A stretch of DNA of 59,525 nt, taken from the IMG/VR virus record IMGVR_UViG_3300049854_000016, positions 1 through 59,525 of that record. The stretch is one strand, 5' to 3'. Under the pieces are notes generated by a model that was not told the DNA's origin, made no database searches, and saw only the letters and a list, made by a program, of their open reading frames with translations. Within the stretch, counting starts at the first letter, position 1. Each line of letters starts with the position of its first letter. Positions 15,657 to 25,906 of this stretch are shown here, piece after piece. The translations under genes were made by a program, and so were the position numbers. The stretch is from a virus (taxonomy: Duplodnaviria; Caudoviricetes).

Positions 15657-18262
15657 GCTAATACCTTCCGTTTGTATTCTATCGGCATCGTGCGGCCTAA
15701 AGCATACTCTAATATACCACGAAGCGGCGGATTTGTCAAGGCCCCATCCACCAGTTTATCCGTTGCCGCTCCTTCATCGTAGGGTACGTCGAGGACTACT
15801 GAATCGTAGGCTTGTGCACACATCACGGCTCTCATCCGCTGCTCCGTAAGCCCCTGCAGAATCTGGAATTGGGCACTCAGCATCAGCTGGGCTGCGGTTG
15901 TCTGCACCGGGAAGTTACAGATTTCGTTGACGGCGTGCATTGCGTTCTCGCGGCCCTTTCCGAATGTCCGGCTCCACCCTGTCGGCAGCTCCAGATACCC
16001 CTGCCGCTCCACTATCTCTATCATCTGTTCCTGCCATGCTTTATGAACAGGGTGTTTTCTATACCATGCATCTATTGAATCCTGGCAGAATCCAATCTCA
16101 AGCTCAATACCCAAGTCCCGCCTCGCCGCCTGCTGGAAAGCCGAAGCTCCCCCCCTGTATATCACGAGGAAGTTTTCAACCTTGGCCAGCTTCCGCTTCT
16201 CATTGAACGTGGGGTCCTCTTTAGTTATCCCCGGGAACATATCGAAAGTTGTGTCATCGTGGGGGTCCCCCTCCAATAGGGCCTTTATCAGCACCGGGTC
16301 CCCGGACAGCCATGCTGCTACAACCAGCTCAATGCGGTTCAGGTCCCACTCCACCAGTCTGCCTGCCGGAAACCTTGACTTCAGGCAGTTCTTAATATCT
16401 TCAGGGTACGTCTGGTGAGGCGGCTTTCTTGCAGTTATCCGCCCCTGTATAGTCCCTCCCGAAGTTTCCTTGCCGTTGCTGCTGCCTTTATCGAACACGC
16501 TCGGCACCGGGTACCACTCCGGGTATATCAGCCCGGTGTCCTTTACCCTCTGCACGATACCTTCCCGCTGCTTGACCAGCAGTTTGTTGGAGTACGTGTT
16601 CCGCAGGTGCGAGAACTCCTGGAATATATGAAACTGCTCGGCGACCGTACGGGTGTCACCTTCCGGCAGGTACTTCAGTACCAGATTCATGTTGGCCTGC
16701 CCAGTTGAAATTTCTTTCTTGACATCCGTCCGTTCAACTCTACCATCCAACCAACCACCAGTTAGCAGACCGCACTCTCCCAGTGCTTTTACCACAAACT
16801 CCAGCAGTGATTTCTTCGAGCCTTCCTTCTCGAACTTCACTCCCAGCCGTTTCCCTTCTGCCACGGCAGCTCTGTACTTCGTGGTGTACTCATCGTTGAC
16901 AGACTCCAGTCTTGGTATGTCAATCCGGGTGCCTGCTTTCTCCATCCCCACCGCATCCCATATAATAGCATTACGCATCTCAGCACAGACAGGGCCCAGC
17001 TTGGCCGAGTCTTTACCATACCTCTGCTTCATACGCTCAACCAGCTGTTCATCCAGCACCAGTGTGGCTGCCGCATCAAGGCAGTTATAGTACAGAAGGT
17101 CCGGGTCACTCGATGACTTGGCGTTGCCCAGCTTGCCGGTCACTGCCAGCTTACTGTAGTCGGCTATCCCGAACAGCAGGCTCAGCTCCTTCAGTCCACG
17201 CTCCGGCCTCTGCTCATCGAGGAGGAACGCCTTCACCAGTGTATCATCCACCTTCGCTCTGCAGGGGCTTAACACCTCCGCTAAGTACCTGTCGTTGAGT
17301 ATCAGATACAGCAGGTCGTACTTAAAATTTTGCCCCAGCAGGACACAGCCCGATTCTATCGCACGCTTTATCCATACTCGTAAGTTATTTCGCTCGGCTG
17401 AATTGGACCACCGAAATACAGCGGTTCGTATCCTGCCGGGGCTCTTCAACGAAAGGCAGTCCCTGTATGCTATGGCGACTGTCACTATCTGTTTACCATA
17501 AGGTACATTATCTATCTGCCGGGACTTGGCAGGCGTAAATACAGTCTGCTCCCGTCCCTTCAGTATACCATATGTCTCTATATCTATGCTGATTATGTCT
17601 GGTAATGTCTCTGGCACTTCAGGGCTCGGCTCCGGCACCACCTGTAGCTCGTTGGGTATAAACTCCCCTGTCAGGTACCGCCTCAGCAGTATGAAGTGAG
17701 ACTGTATGGCATCCACCTTCTCGGGTTTTCGACCGGGGGCCAGTATCGCAGGGTGGTATGTGAAGAAGAGAGTCGGCATATGACTGAGTATCTCCATGCT
17801 CTTCGTGCCGTCCTTGTACCCTTGCAGCTTGAAGCCCTGCCCCAGGCTCTTCACATCTGCTACCGACTTGGCCGCATCCGCCCCGCACGCCAGCACTATC
17901 AGCTCCGTATACTCATCCAGCAGCTTCTGAATGTCCATCAGTAAGTATGGCCTGCATTTGGTTATCTGTGAAGCTGTCGGCTTCATACCGCTTGGCACTT
18001 TACATCGAAGGGCATTTGATAAGTAGACATCCACTATGCCCGGCAGCTTCATAGCGTTTATAAACTTCCCGAGGATATCACCGCTCCACCCCACCCAGCT
18101 CATACCCTCCTCATCTTCGTGATAGCCTGGAGCCATGCCGACAATCAGCAGTGCCCTGTCATGCCCCTCAGCCCTGAATACCCTCGTCGGTATCCCCGGA
18201 TGCTTGGCAGACTCACAGAGCTGGCAGTCCTTGCAGTCAATATGTGTCGTGAAGTTAATCAT
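15653..18262 (-). CDS. polA: Family A DNA polymerase with N-terminal uracil-DNA glycosylase (family 4-like) domain and 3'-5' exonuclease
   Basis: UDG: CKDCQLC, GMAPG, NALRC, TYHPA. Exo: DIET, NFKYD, YNCLD. Pol: TIQGRIT, motif A DLNRIEL, motif B RKLAKVENFLVIY, NFPVQ, motif C AYDS. Confidence 0.92.
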   Translation of the reverse strand: MINFTTHIDCKDCQLCESAKHPGIPTRVFRAEGHDRALLIVGMAPGYHEDEEGMSWVGWSGDILGKFINAMKLPGIVDVYLSNALRCKVPSGMKPTASQITKCRPYLLMDIQKLLDEYTELIVLACGADAAKSVADVKSLGQGFKLQGYKDGTKSMEILSHMPTLFFTYHPAILAPGRKPEKVDAIQSHFILLRRYLTGEFIPNELQVVPEPSPEVPETLPDIISIDIETYGILKGREQTVFTPAKSRQIDNVPYGKQIVTVAIAYRDCLSLKSPGRIRTAVFRWSNSAERNNLRVWIKRAIESGCVLLGQNFKYDLLYLILNDRYLAEVLSPCRAKVDDTLVKAFLLDEQRPERGLKELSLLFGIADYSKLAVTGKLGNAKSSSDPDLLYYNCLDAAATLVLDEQLVERMKQRYGKDSAKLGPVCAEMRNAIIWDAVGMEKAGTRIDIPRLESVNDEYTTKYRAAVAEGKRLGVKFEKEGSKKSLLEFVVKALGECGLLTGGWLDGRVERTDVKKEISTGQANMNLVLKYLPEGDTRTVAEQFHIFQEFSHLRNTYSNKLLVKQREGIVQRVKDTGLIYPEWYPVPSVFDKGSSNGKETSGGTIQGRITARKPPHQTYPEDIKNCLKSRFPAGRLVEWDLNRIELVVAAWLSGDPVLIKALLEGDPHDDTTFDMFPGITKEDPTFNEKRKLAKVENFLVIYRGGASAFQQAARRDLGIELEIGFCQDSIDAWYRKHPVHKAWQEQMIEIVERQGYLELPTGWSRTFGKGRENAMHAVNEICNFPVQTTAAQLMLSAQFQILQGLTEQRMRAVMCAQAYDSVVLDVPYDEGAATDKLVDGALTNPPLRGILEYALGRTMPIEYKRKVLA

Positions 18263-18590
18263 TTGTCTTAGCCGTAAACTCCTCTGCTAATGCCAGCTTC
18301 TCCACCACGTACTGGAGTCCCTTGCCTGACAGATACAGTCCCGGTTCCATCGTAGTAAACCCATCTATATCGGTACCCGCCGGTATAATTAGCAGGTCGA
18401 ACCCGAACTTCGGGTGGGGTATCACCGTCAGTGGGGTAGACTTCAGGGGCATATCCACTACCGTCGGCTGCCGGAATGCCTGCTCTGTATTCGGACACCC
18501 AAACACGCAGAGAAGACACACTACTACTCCGGCCAGCCCCAACAAGAATATATAAACTTCCGGATGCACTTTCATAATTGTTCCTTCCAA
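18255..18590 (-). CDS. Membrane-anchored/lipoprotein-like hypothetical protein
   Basis: N-terminal hydrophobic helix ending VFGC. Confidence 0.55.
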   Translation of the reverse strand: MEGTIMKVHPEVYIFLLGLAGVVVCLLCVFGCPNTEQAFRQPTVVDMPLKSTPLTVIPHPKFGFDLLIIPAGTDIDGFTTMEPGLYLSGKGLQYVVEKLALAEEFTAKTND

Positions 18591-18617
18591 AAAAAAATTA
18601 AAAAATTTTGTCTATCT

Positions 18618-18645
18618 TATGTACGTTGAAACTTAAAAAATGTTC
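18618..18645 (-). promoter_or_regulatory. GAAC-N16-CGTA promoter (copy 4), upstream of the polymerase operon
   Basis: GAACATTT...CGTACATA. Confidence 0.55.
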
Positions 18646-18746
18646 AGGTTATTTTTTGAAATGTGAAAAATATATGGCAAACAGGGAGTTATTTCACTTC
18701 TTGGTGTGGAAATAAATAAAATTTTAAGTCTTTATAAGGAAAAGAC

Positions 18747-19022
18747 TTACACAAAGTAGACGTTCTCGATACGCCGTACATCTGTACTACTTAACTTATA
18801 CCATTCCCCCCATTGAAGGAATTGTTGATATGTACGATGCAATGAGTTCTCCACTTTGTATGCTTGAGCTGCTGAGGGGTAAAAATGTAAGGCAACAATA
18901 GTTAAAAGATAAGGACACCCTATTTGCAAAGTATCTCTCCGTGCTTCAGGGTTGGCAGACCTTCCAATCTTATAAAAATTAGAGCTTCCACATCTAATTA
19001 CATAAACGCAACAAGGGTTCAT
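18747..19022 (-). CDS. T5orf172/GIY-YIG-like nuclease domain protein
   Basis: VYVI, YKIGRS.NP..R..TLQ.GCP, E..LH, GEWY.L. Confidence 0.8.
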   Translation of the reverse strand: MNPCCVYVIRCGSSNFYKIGRSANPEARRDTLQIGCPYLLTIVALHFYPSAAQAYKVENSLHRTYQQFLQWGEWYKLSSTDVRRIENVYFV

Positions 19023-19027
19023 AATTT

Positions 19028-19055
19028 ATTATACGCTCAAACTCAAATTTTGTTC
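19028..19055 (-). promoter_or_regulatory. GAAC-N16-CGTA promoter (copy 5)
   Basis: GAACAAAA...CGTATAAT, 5 nt before ATG 19022. Confidence 0.7.
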
Positions 19056-19070
19056 AATAAAAAATAAAAT

Positions 19071-22000
19071 TTATTGATTCAACAGCTGGCTGTACTCATC
19101 AATAGGAGACGGCTGGCTCTCAAGCTGCTGGGTAATACCGGCGAGCCCGGCCTGCGATACCATGTGCCCAAACAGCGGCTGGTAGTCCTTCGGGAATCCT
19201 TTGAGAATTCTCTGTAACCTGCTAACTTCGCGGCGGTTATGTATCGCAGTGATGTCAGCCTTCTTCACCTGCAGGGGCCCCATCTCAGGGTATGCCTTCT
19301 GGAATTGCGTGTTAATTTGCTCTGCCCTTCTGATGTCGTTGTCGGAGATAGCTTCCAGATAGTCTCGCCTGTACCCTCTTATCTTCTCCCGTTGTGTCAG
19401 CAGCCACTTGGCGGCTCCGTACTCGGCCTGCTGTGAGGTAGGTGCCAGCCCCAACGATTTCATAGTGAGCTGCCAGGGAGTGAACGCCCCCACCAATGCC
19501 TTCTGGTCGTTGTATACCGGCACCCGCCCATCCTCTGTAGGGTTATTGTAATCTGCGTACTTAGGCCCGAGCGTCTTATACAGTCGTCTCAACGCTATGC
19601 CCCCCGGCACCAGCAGTGCCGCACTACGCTTCATTCCCTCCATATCCCCTGTTGCTACCGACCGGACCGCTTCGCCTGCTACAGCCAGTCCTGGAGGCAC
19701 TAACGGCCAAGGGTAGAACGGCGACTTCTCGTAGCTGGGCATCGGCAGGGCTCCAGTCATCAAGCCGCTGCTTATATCCACACCCATTAGGTTCTTAACC
19801 GCTGAGTAGGCTGCTGCTGAAGCCCCTGCAGAAGTGGCAAGGGTTCTATATTTGCCGAGACCTTCTGCCCACTGCGTAGACTCCCCGAGGAACCCGGCAT
19901 ACCGTAGCGGGAAGTGCATGAACTGACGGGCAGGGCCCCACATTCCAAGCAGGGCTTTCGGCATTCCGAGGGGCCCCCCCGTGAAGTGTGCCACTTGATT
20001 GATGTTGCCACCAAATTCTATGGCTGCGTCCATAGCTCCGGTGCCATGTGTTGCCAGGTATGAGTTCTTCGCCACGTAGAATCCGAACAGCCGATTGAAG
20101 GCTTCGGACGTGGCAAAGGGCGTCAGCATTACGTCTTTGATTTTATCCTTTACTCCCCCCATAGAAATCTTGCTGGCTAATCCTTCGGTGGCTACATCTC
20201 CCAGCTTCATGGCGTGTGTCATACCAGCCGCCTTGCCGGTAGCCTTTACGTAGTCCGGGAATGCTTTAAGCCACGCATCATCCCTCGACATTCCGCCGGA
20301 TAGCATAGATACGTAGTTTCCTATCCCCTTCGTCATTTCAGACATTCCAGCCATTAAGCCGTTTCGGTTTATGCCGGGTGTATGCAGCAGCGTTACGTAG
20401 TTCTGCAGCAGGTTCTTGGATGCCGGGGCTATATTCAGGCCCAGTGTAGACACATAAAAGAACTCCGACACCTTAGCCCCCAGTGATTCAGAACTGACGT
20501 TGTTGAAGTTGCTGAAGAAATTCATCAGGTGTGCTCTTGACGACTCCGGCAGCTTCTTGGCCAGCGGATGGGTAGCCAGCCACATTCCCATCTTATCTTT
20601 ATAGTCTCCCCATATAGTTGCACGGGCATAGGCGTTATGTGGCTTCAGCCCCCTCAGCATAGGCAGCAGCTGGTCTCTCATGTATGTGTACTGGCCTCCA
20701 CCATCGGGGCTGGCCTTAGCTGCATCCATGATAGGTTCCAGTAGTTTTTTATACCCCCGAACCGTACCGCCTATACCCGGATATACAGAAGCCACAGCAG
20801 TGGATAACGTATCTGCTACCGGGGCCATGTGGTAGGCCCACGAGCTTGCCATCTGTGTCAGGTATCTGGAGGCCACCGGAGCAATCCGCATATCGTATTG
20901 GGCAGGTCTAACCAGTACATCAGCTATGCCTGCTATCTTGTCCTTAAGCCTGTCCGGGTATAATGAAACCGAATCGAGCTGGCTGGAGACCTGCTTCAGG
21001 GCCACCTCCGCCATCTTACCGGGGCCGAGCCGCATCCGTGTATTCAGCCCGGTCTTCGCAGCCTGCTCCAGCACACGCTGGGAGAATGCCTCGGCCCTTG
21101 CAATAGGGTTGCTGATTTCTTTGACACCATTCCATGCAGAGTGCAGAAATTCATTCATGTGGACTGCGTCCTGCTGGATACTGGCAAGAATCTTGTCTGC
21201 TACCGGGGTCATCCCCAGCTTCTCCATCTTCCGTATCTGGTTGAGGTCCCCTATTGTAACACCCAGAGCTGGTCTCAATGCACTTGCTACACCCTTTCCT
21301 GCCTTTCCTATAGCCAGGTGGAATCCGTCGGGGCCCATCAGGTCCTTAGCTGCTACTCCCTCCAGGGGGCTAAACTTGGCCTGTATAGGGAAGTAGTGCT
21401 CCATGAAGTCCCCTATGTTTACATCATATCCCTTGCCTGCCATCTCTGCCTTGAATGCTTTCCATGCTTCGGGGTCTTCGGTGAATTTGCTGTTGAACTT
21501 GCTGAACCATCCCTTGATACCCGCTGAAAATTTTCTAAGCTCGGGGGACATTTGCCCCTGCAGACCGGGCCATAGCGGTTCACCTTCCGGTAGTATTTTA
21601 TATACCTGGCTCACTGCTTTACGGAGACCTCTTGCTTTCTCCGGCACTTCCTGCAGGCCCAGCAGCTCCTGCCCTTTTATCACCTGCTTTGTTTTACCTA
21701 CTGCTACGTTGAATCCCTGCACGTCTGCGACTACCTTCAGCATATCGCTTTCGGTCAGACGCTGCCTGGTCTTGGCTACGTATGAAGTAAATACAGAGTT
21801 AAGTTCCCTTCCGTAGTCATCTATCATATTCCCTGTTTCTTTGGCCATCTCAGATAAGGCCCTGTAAGCATGGGGAACATTCCGCAGGTTATTGAAGGCA
21901 GACTGGGCAGCAGCCATCAGAGGTCCGGGTTTTCCTTTCGCCAAACCAGCTCCGATTTCTGCTATTACGTTGGACTTGCCGATAGGATACTTGATGGCCA

Positions 22001-22298
22001 TGACTGCACCCAACAGCACCAGCGGGTTAGTCACAATGTCGGCCACAGTTTTCAGCAGTTTGCTCTTGCTATTGCCGACTATCATGCCGGAGAAGGTCTT
22101 CATCTCGGCGGGTGTCAGGGTTTGTGGGCTGAAGATAGCCCTGGTTGCAGCATCCACGTTGCCGCGTAGCAGCAGGTTAGATAAGGCAAGCCCCGGCCTG
22201 TCGTAGAGGGTCACCGGAAAATCCGCTCTCTCAAGGTCCCACAGAGCGTTCTCGTCGTTCTCCAGCAGGACCCCGGTACCGTTCATCAAACCGTTCAT
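19071..22298 (-). CDS. Large internal virion / DNA-ejection protein candidate
   Basis: 1075 aa, helical, Ala/Gly/Leu-rich; last gene of the structural module, as in podoviruses. Confidence 0.6.
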   Translation of the reverse strand: MNGLMNGTGVLLENDENALWDLERADFPVTLYDRPGLALSNLLLRGNVDAATRAIFSPQTLTPAEMKTFSGMIVGNSKSKLLKTVADIVTNPLVLLGAVMAIKYPIGKSNVIAEIGAGLAKGKPGPLMAAAQSAFNNLRNVPHAYRALSEMAKETGNMIDDYGRELNSVFTSYVAKTRQRLTESDMLKVVADVQGFNVAVGKTKQVIKGQELLGLQEVPEKARGLRKAVSQVYKILPEGEPLWPGLQGQMSPELRKFSAGIKGWFSKFNSKFTEDPEAWKAFKAEMAGKGYDVNIGDFMEHYFPIQAKFSPLEGVAAKDLMGPDGFHLAIGKAGKGVASALRPALGVTIGDLNQIRKMEKLGMTPVADKILASIQQDAVHMNEFLHSAWNGVKEISNPIARAEAFSQRVLEQAAKTGLNTRMRLGPGKMAEVALKQVSSQLDSVSLYPDRLKDKIAGIADVLVRPAQYDMRIAPVASRYLTQMASSWAYHMAPVADTLSTAVASVYPGIGGTVRGYKKLLEPIMDAAKASPDGGGQYTYMRDQLLPMLRGLKPHNAYARATIWGDYKDKMGMWLATHPLAKKLPESSRAHLMNFFSNFNNVSSESLGAKVSEFFYVSTLGLNIAPASKNLLQNYVTLLHTPGINRNGLMAGMSEMTKGIGNYVSMLSGGMSRDDAWLKAFPDYVKATGKAAGMTHAMKLGDVATEGLASKISMGGVKDKIKDVMLTPFATSEAFNRLFGFYVAKNSYLATHGTGAMDAAIEFGGNINQVAHFTGGPLGMPKALLGMWGPARQFMHFPLRYAGFLGESTQWAEGLGKYRTLATSAGASAAAYSAVKNLMGVDISSGLMTGALPMPSYEKSPFYPWPLVPPGLAVAGEAVRSVATGDMEGMKRSAALLVPGGIALRRLYKTLGPKYADYNNPTEDGRVPVYNDQKALVGAFTPWQLTMKSLGLAPTSQQAEYGAAKWLLTQREKIRGYRRDYLEAISDNDIRRAEQINTQFQKAYPEMGPLQVKKADITAIHNRREVSRLQRILKGFPKDYQPLFGHMVSQAGLAGITQQLESQPSPIDEYSQLLNQ

Positions 22299-22310
22299 GG
22301 TTATCCCTTC

Positions 22311-22754
22311 CTATATTCGCCGCTCGCCCGGCACCTGCATCTCTTGGCCTCTCCCGCTCATAATTGCCTGAAGCAATGCGTTTTGGGCTACCTGTCGCTC
22401 TTGTGTCAGACTCGGCAGTGCCGCTTGGTAGTACGCATCCTCTTCGCTCATTCCCATCTGCTGGCCTATCAGCTCCTGCTGTAGCCCCTGGTCCCTCGCT
22501 GCTCCTATCTTGTTACCGATATGTCCTGCTACCATTTGGGCAAGGAACAGTGCCGCCATTATTCCACCAGGTTTCTTCAGCATCCCTTTGAAATTCTTGG
22601 TCTTCCATAATTCCTGCCATCCGACTCCGCTCATAGCAGGCTCGGCCATAGTCATCTCTTGGAAGCCGCCAGCCTCCCCAGCTACCGATGCTCCCCTCGA
22701 ACCTTTGCCTGATGGTCCCTTAAACACATCATGTATAAATGCTTTAGCCGTCAT
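22311..22754 (-). CDS. Putative internal virion protein
   Basis: Gly/Ala/Gln-rich; structural context. Confidence 0.5.
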   Translation of the reverse strand: MTAKAFIHDVFKGPSGKGSRGASVAGEAGGFQEMTMAEPAMSGVGWQELWKTKNFKGMLKKPGGIMAALFLAQMVAGHIGNKIGAARDQGLQQELIGQQMGMSEEDAYYQAALPSLTQERQVAQNALLQAIMSGRGQEMQVPGERRI

Positions 22755-22765
22755 TCTGTATACTC

Positions 22766-23212
22766 CTATCTCATCAAGCTCAACATAGATGCGGTTGAGG
22801 GTGCTGGCCTGCTGGCTATCTCGCTCTGCTGCTGTTGGAACCCGGATAGTGCCATCAGCATCGCCATAGCCATCTCATTCTGCCGTTCCGAGCTGGCCCT
22901 GATGTCTCGGTTTGCAGCGGCTTTCTCCGAGCGTATATACTCTTTCTGCTTCTCACCCATTAGCTGGCGTATCAGCTTGTCGGTACGTTCCTCTTCTCTT
23001 TTGCCCATCGCAGCAGCCAGCTCAGCCTGCCGACCTGCCAGCTTGACCTGAGCTTTCTCAGTGCCATGCTCAGTTAGACCTGTAGCCGCCCCAAGCCCCC
23101 CCTTCACAATATCGTAGCCGAACATCAGGGCCATGAGCTTGGTTAGAACGTCCGCACCCTTCCACAATCCTGCGGCCCCCTTCGCTGCTCCTAATACTAA
23201 TGGTAATGCCAT
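22766..23212 (-). CDS. Putative internal virion protein
   Basis: Hydrophobic Gly/Ala N-terminus followed by coiled coil, typical of ejection proteins. Confidence 0.55.
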   Translation of the reverse strand: MALPLVLGAAKGAAGLWKGADVLTKLMALMFGYDIVKGGLGAATGLTEHGTEKAQVKLAGRQAELAAAMGKREEERTDKLIRQLMGEKQKEYIRSEKAAANRDIRASSERQNEMAMAMLMALSGFQQQQSEIASRPAPSTASMLSLMR

Positions 23213-23228
23213 ATTTAATCTCCTGCAA

Positions 23229-24599
23229 TTACGGAACTATTCCCGGCATCTTCTGGTATACAAAATTTTTCTGCTGCATCAGCCTGTCCATCACCAACGG
23301 GTTACTTAAATCGGAAGGAGTTAAAAACGGGGAGGTAGTTGTAGCGAATCCAAGGTCAGTGCTGAATGTGTCCCTGAATTTCTTAGTCTCTGTTCTCATC
23401 TGCTCGTCAAGTCTGGCCACCTCAATCTCATACTGGTCATCATCGAACTCCTCGGCAGCCCACTTGGTTGCCTGTTTTACGATAGACCCCACAGTAATCT
23501 TATCGCTTCCCACCATCGGCGTCTTGTCATTCTCAAGACTCCTCAGCATCGTCTCAGCTTCCAGCAGCATGGCCGATTTATCCGTATAGAATTGATTGCT
23601 CTTTTCATCCTTGCCCCTGGAAGCCTCGGTAGCTCTTTCAATCATGGCCTTCCTTGCAGTCTTCAGAACTGCAATAACGGGCACAAGCTGCTCGGCTGGT
23701 ATCTCCCCCTTCTGAACCTGCTCTTTGAACTTCTGGATATTCTTCCGGCTAAGTGTATCTACATTTACAGTCCCGGCACCCACCGAGGTAAACGCCTTGT
23801 TAATCCCGGCAGAGAATCTGGCACTCTTAACAGTATCCATAGTAGGAGGAGGTGTAGTATCTGTTAATGATTTGCCGGTGAATGAAGGCTCTCCTCTACG
23901 TAATTGCATTCCTCCACCAAATTCGGGAGTTCCCCTCATCGACCACTTCGCATTCTCCAGTTTAAGAGTCTTCATATCCATATCGGTAGTATCACTACTT
24001 AACTCTTGGCTTGCTGCTGCTATCAGAGCCTGGTCAATCGAGGTATCGTACATTTGGTTCATCTGCTGGTACTTGCCCAGCTCATCTCGCCTTTGAACCA
24101 CTAAACCAGCCTTGGCTGTCTCCGACCTGCCGTTAAGCTCCCCAAGACTCATAGCTATCTTGCGGGTGTTATCAGCAAAAGTCATATCATTGAGATTCTG
24201 CACTCTCGACTGGGCATCGAGCTTCTTCTCCAGCCCCAGAATCCTGTCCAGCTGCCGCTGCTCTCTTGCATTCTCCAGCTCATTCAAGAGAGCGTCACGC
24301 TGTAGTACGTTCTGCTGCTCTGCCTCCGCCATAGTACGTGCGAACTCCTGGTCCGCTGCTCTTCCTATCTTCTCTTCGGCAGACCGCCTGTCCTGCATAT
24401 CCCGTGCAGCAGCCGCCTGTATCCCCGCCTGTGCCACTCCACCACCTGCTGATGTACTTGCATTCTGCCTGCTGGTTTCTGCCGCCATTGCAGCCTCTCT
24501 CATTCCAGTCTTCTGACTGCTTCTTTGCTGTGACATAGCAGCTACATACGGATGCATTCCCCCGCCTTTTGTTATTCCACCTTGTTGCTCTCTCGGCAT
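23229..24599 (-). CDS. Putative internal virion protein
   Basis: 456 aa, coiled-coil, Gln/Ala-rich. Confidence 0.55.
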   Translation of the reverse strand: MPREQQGGITKGGGMHPYVAAMSQQRSSQKTGMREAAMAAETSRQNASTSAGGGVAQAGIQAAAARDMQDRRSAEEKIGRAADQEFARTMAEAEQQNVLQRDALLNELENAREQRQLDRILGLEKKLDAQSRVQNLNDMTFADNTRKIAMSLGELNGRSETAKAGLVVQRRDELGKYQQMNQMYDTSIDQALIAAASQELSSDTTDMDMKTLKLENAKWSMRGTPEFGGGMQLRRGEPSFTGKSLTDTTPPPTMDTVKSARFSAGINKAFTSVGAGTVNVDTLSRKNIQKFKEQVQKGEIPAEQLVPVIAVLKTARKAMIERATEASRGKDEKSNQFYTDKSAMLLEAETMLRSLENDKTPMVGSDKITVGSIVKQATKWAAEEFDDDQYEIEVARLDEQMRTETKKFRDTFSTDLGFATTTSPFLTPSDLSNPLVMDRLMQQKNFVYQKMPGIVP

Positions 24600-24611
24600 A
24601 ATATAAGTTCC

Positions 24612-25628
24612 TTATGTACGTTGTGTACGTGGTGAATGTGTAGTTGTATATTCAAAACCACCAGTCTGCCCGGGTGGAGTATATGGTTTATACTCAGGTG
24701 AAAGCTCAGCCAGTAATGTCAGCAGTGGTGTATTATCCATAGTAAACGAAGTCGTCCCTACTATCCAGTTTGCCAAGTTCTCCATCCCAGCCATCTTTAG
24801 CTGCTCGGCTCCCATCTGGAACGATGCATACTGCATGGTGTAGTTGGCCTTCGCATCGGCCATGTACTTCAGCATCTCCACATGCTGCTGCTCCTGGAAA
24901 CTGATATACATATTCTGTTTCCACATAGCCTCGTTAGCTACATTCAGGTAAGTCAGACCCTGCTGCTCGGCGAACTGCTGGTAGTTGGCGTGTATGTTAC
25001 TCTGGGCCGTAGCCAACGCCGTCTGCTTGCCCATCCGGAACTGCTCGTACTCCTTGCTGTTGGCTCCATACGTCTCAAGTATATTCCGCTCCTCAGTTTT
25101 CATGGACCCCAGCACCGCCTGTGCCGAAGCCTGCATCGCCTGGGCCTTCGCAAAATCCCTATCGGTTCCTATCTGCTGGTTTATCTCATCCAGCTTCGCA
25201 AGTGTCTCTCCTACTCGCAGCCTGCTGGCTGTCACATACTCGTCGGCTTTCTCCGCCGCAAGGTCCCATGAAGACTGTGCCGACTCAAACTGCGTGCCGA
25301 CTTGTGCCTGTAACTCAGCCACCTTCTGCGTGTATGCCTGGGTCACATCCCCCATCATCTCAAGCCCGGTAGCCGACTGCGTTGCCTGCTTTTGCATGGC
25401 TTCATACTCAGCACCGTAGCTCTTTATTGCTTCGTTACCGAGAGTAGTCTCAGCCGGTGTGCCCCCCGTAAATGTTCCCCCGGTGTAGGCTCCACCGGAA
25501 ACAGTCCCCGCACTTGCTACAGTTTCTCCCAGCTTCTTCTGGTACTCTTCCCAGTTATAAGGGGACGGGATACCAGCAGCCGCAGCAGTAGTAGTCCCGG
25601 TAATCGGTGTCGTTGCCGTGTCAGCCAT
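24612..25628 (-). CDS. Putative internal virion / pilot protein
   Basis: 338 aa, Thr/Gly-rich N-terminus, Gln/Ala helical body. Confidence 0.55.
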   Translation of the reverse strand: MADTATTPITGTTTAAAAGIPSPYNWEEYQKKLGETVASAGTVSGGAYTGGTFTGGTPAETTLGNEAIKSYGAEYEAMQKQATQSATGLEMMGDVTQAYTQKVAELQAQVGTQFESAQSSWDLAAEKADEYVTASRLRVGETLAKLDEINQQIGTDRDFAKAQAMQASAQAVLGSMKTEERNILETYGANSKEYEQFRMGKQTALATAQSNIHANYQQFAEQQGLTYLNVANEAMWKQNMYISFQEQQHVEMLKYMADAKANYTMQYASFQMGAEQLKMAGMENLANWIVGTTSFTMDNTPLLTLLAELSPEYKPYTPPGQTGGFEYTTTHSPRTQRT

Positions 25629-25681
25629 CTTAGACTTTCTCCGTTCTAACTATAAGGGCAGTAATACCCCTGCCTTCTACC

Positions 25682-25709
25682 ATTATAACACACACTGCCG
25701 GGTTGTCAA
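25682..25709 (-). promoter_or_regulatory. Consensus sigma70 promoter
   Basis: TTGACA-N16-TATAAT with a TGn extended -10. Confidence 0.75.
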
Positions 25710-25906
25710 TCATTAGTCCGGCCCTTGAACCCCATCATTGTATTCGGTTCCTCGGTTGTCGGCTCCAGCTCCTCCTCGTGGAAGTACCCGGCAGTCGGCT
25801 TCCCCTCCGTAGGGTACGAGCATTCGTACTTCACGGCTGTTACCACCCCCACATGCCCACCGCCGTACTTCAGCTTCACCTTGTCGCCTATCTTATATGT
25901 ACTCAT
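25706..25906 (-). CDS. Small YodC-like/SH3-like hypothetical protein
   Basis: YKIGDKVKLKYGG...YECSY...FHEEEL. Confidence 0.6.
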   Translation of the reverse strand: MSTYKIGDKVKLKYGGGHVGVVTAVKYECSYPTEGKPTAGYFHEEELEPTTEEPNTMMGFKGRTND

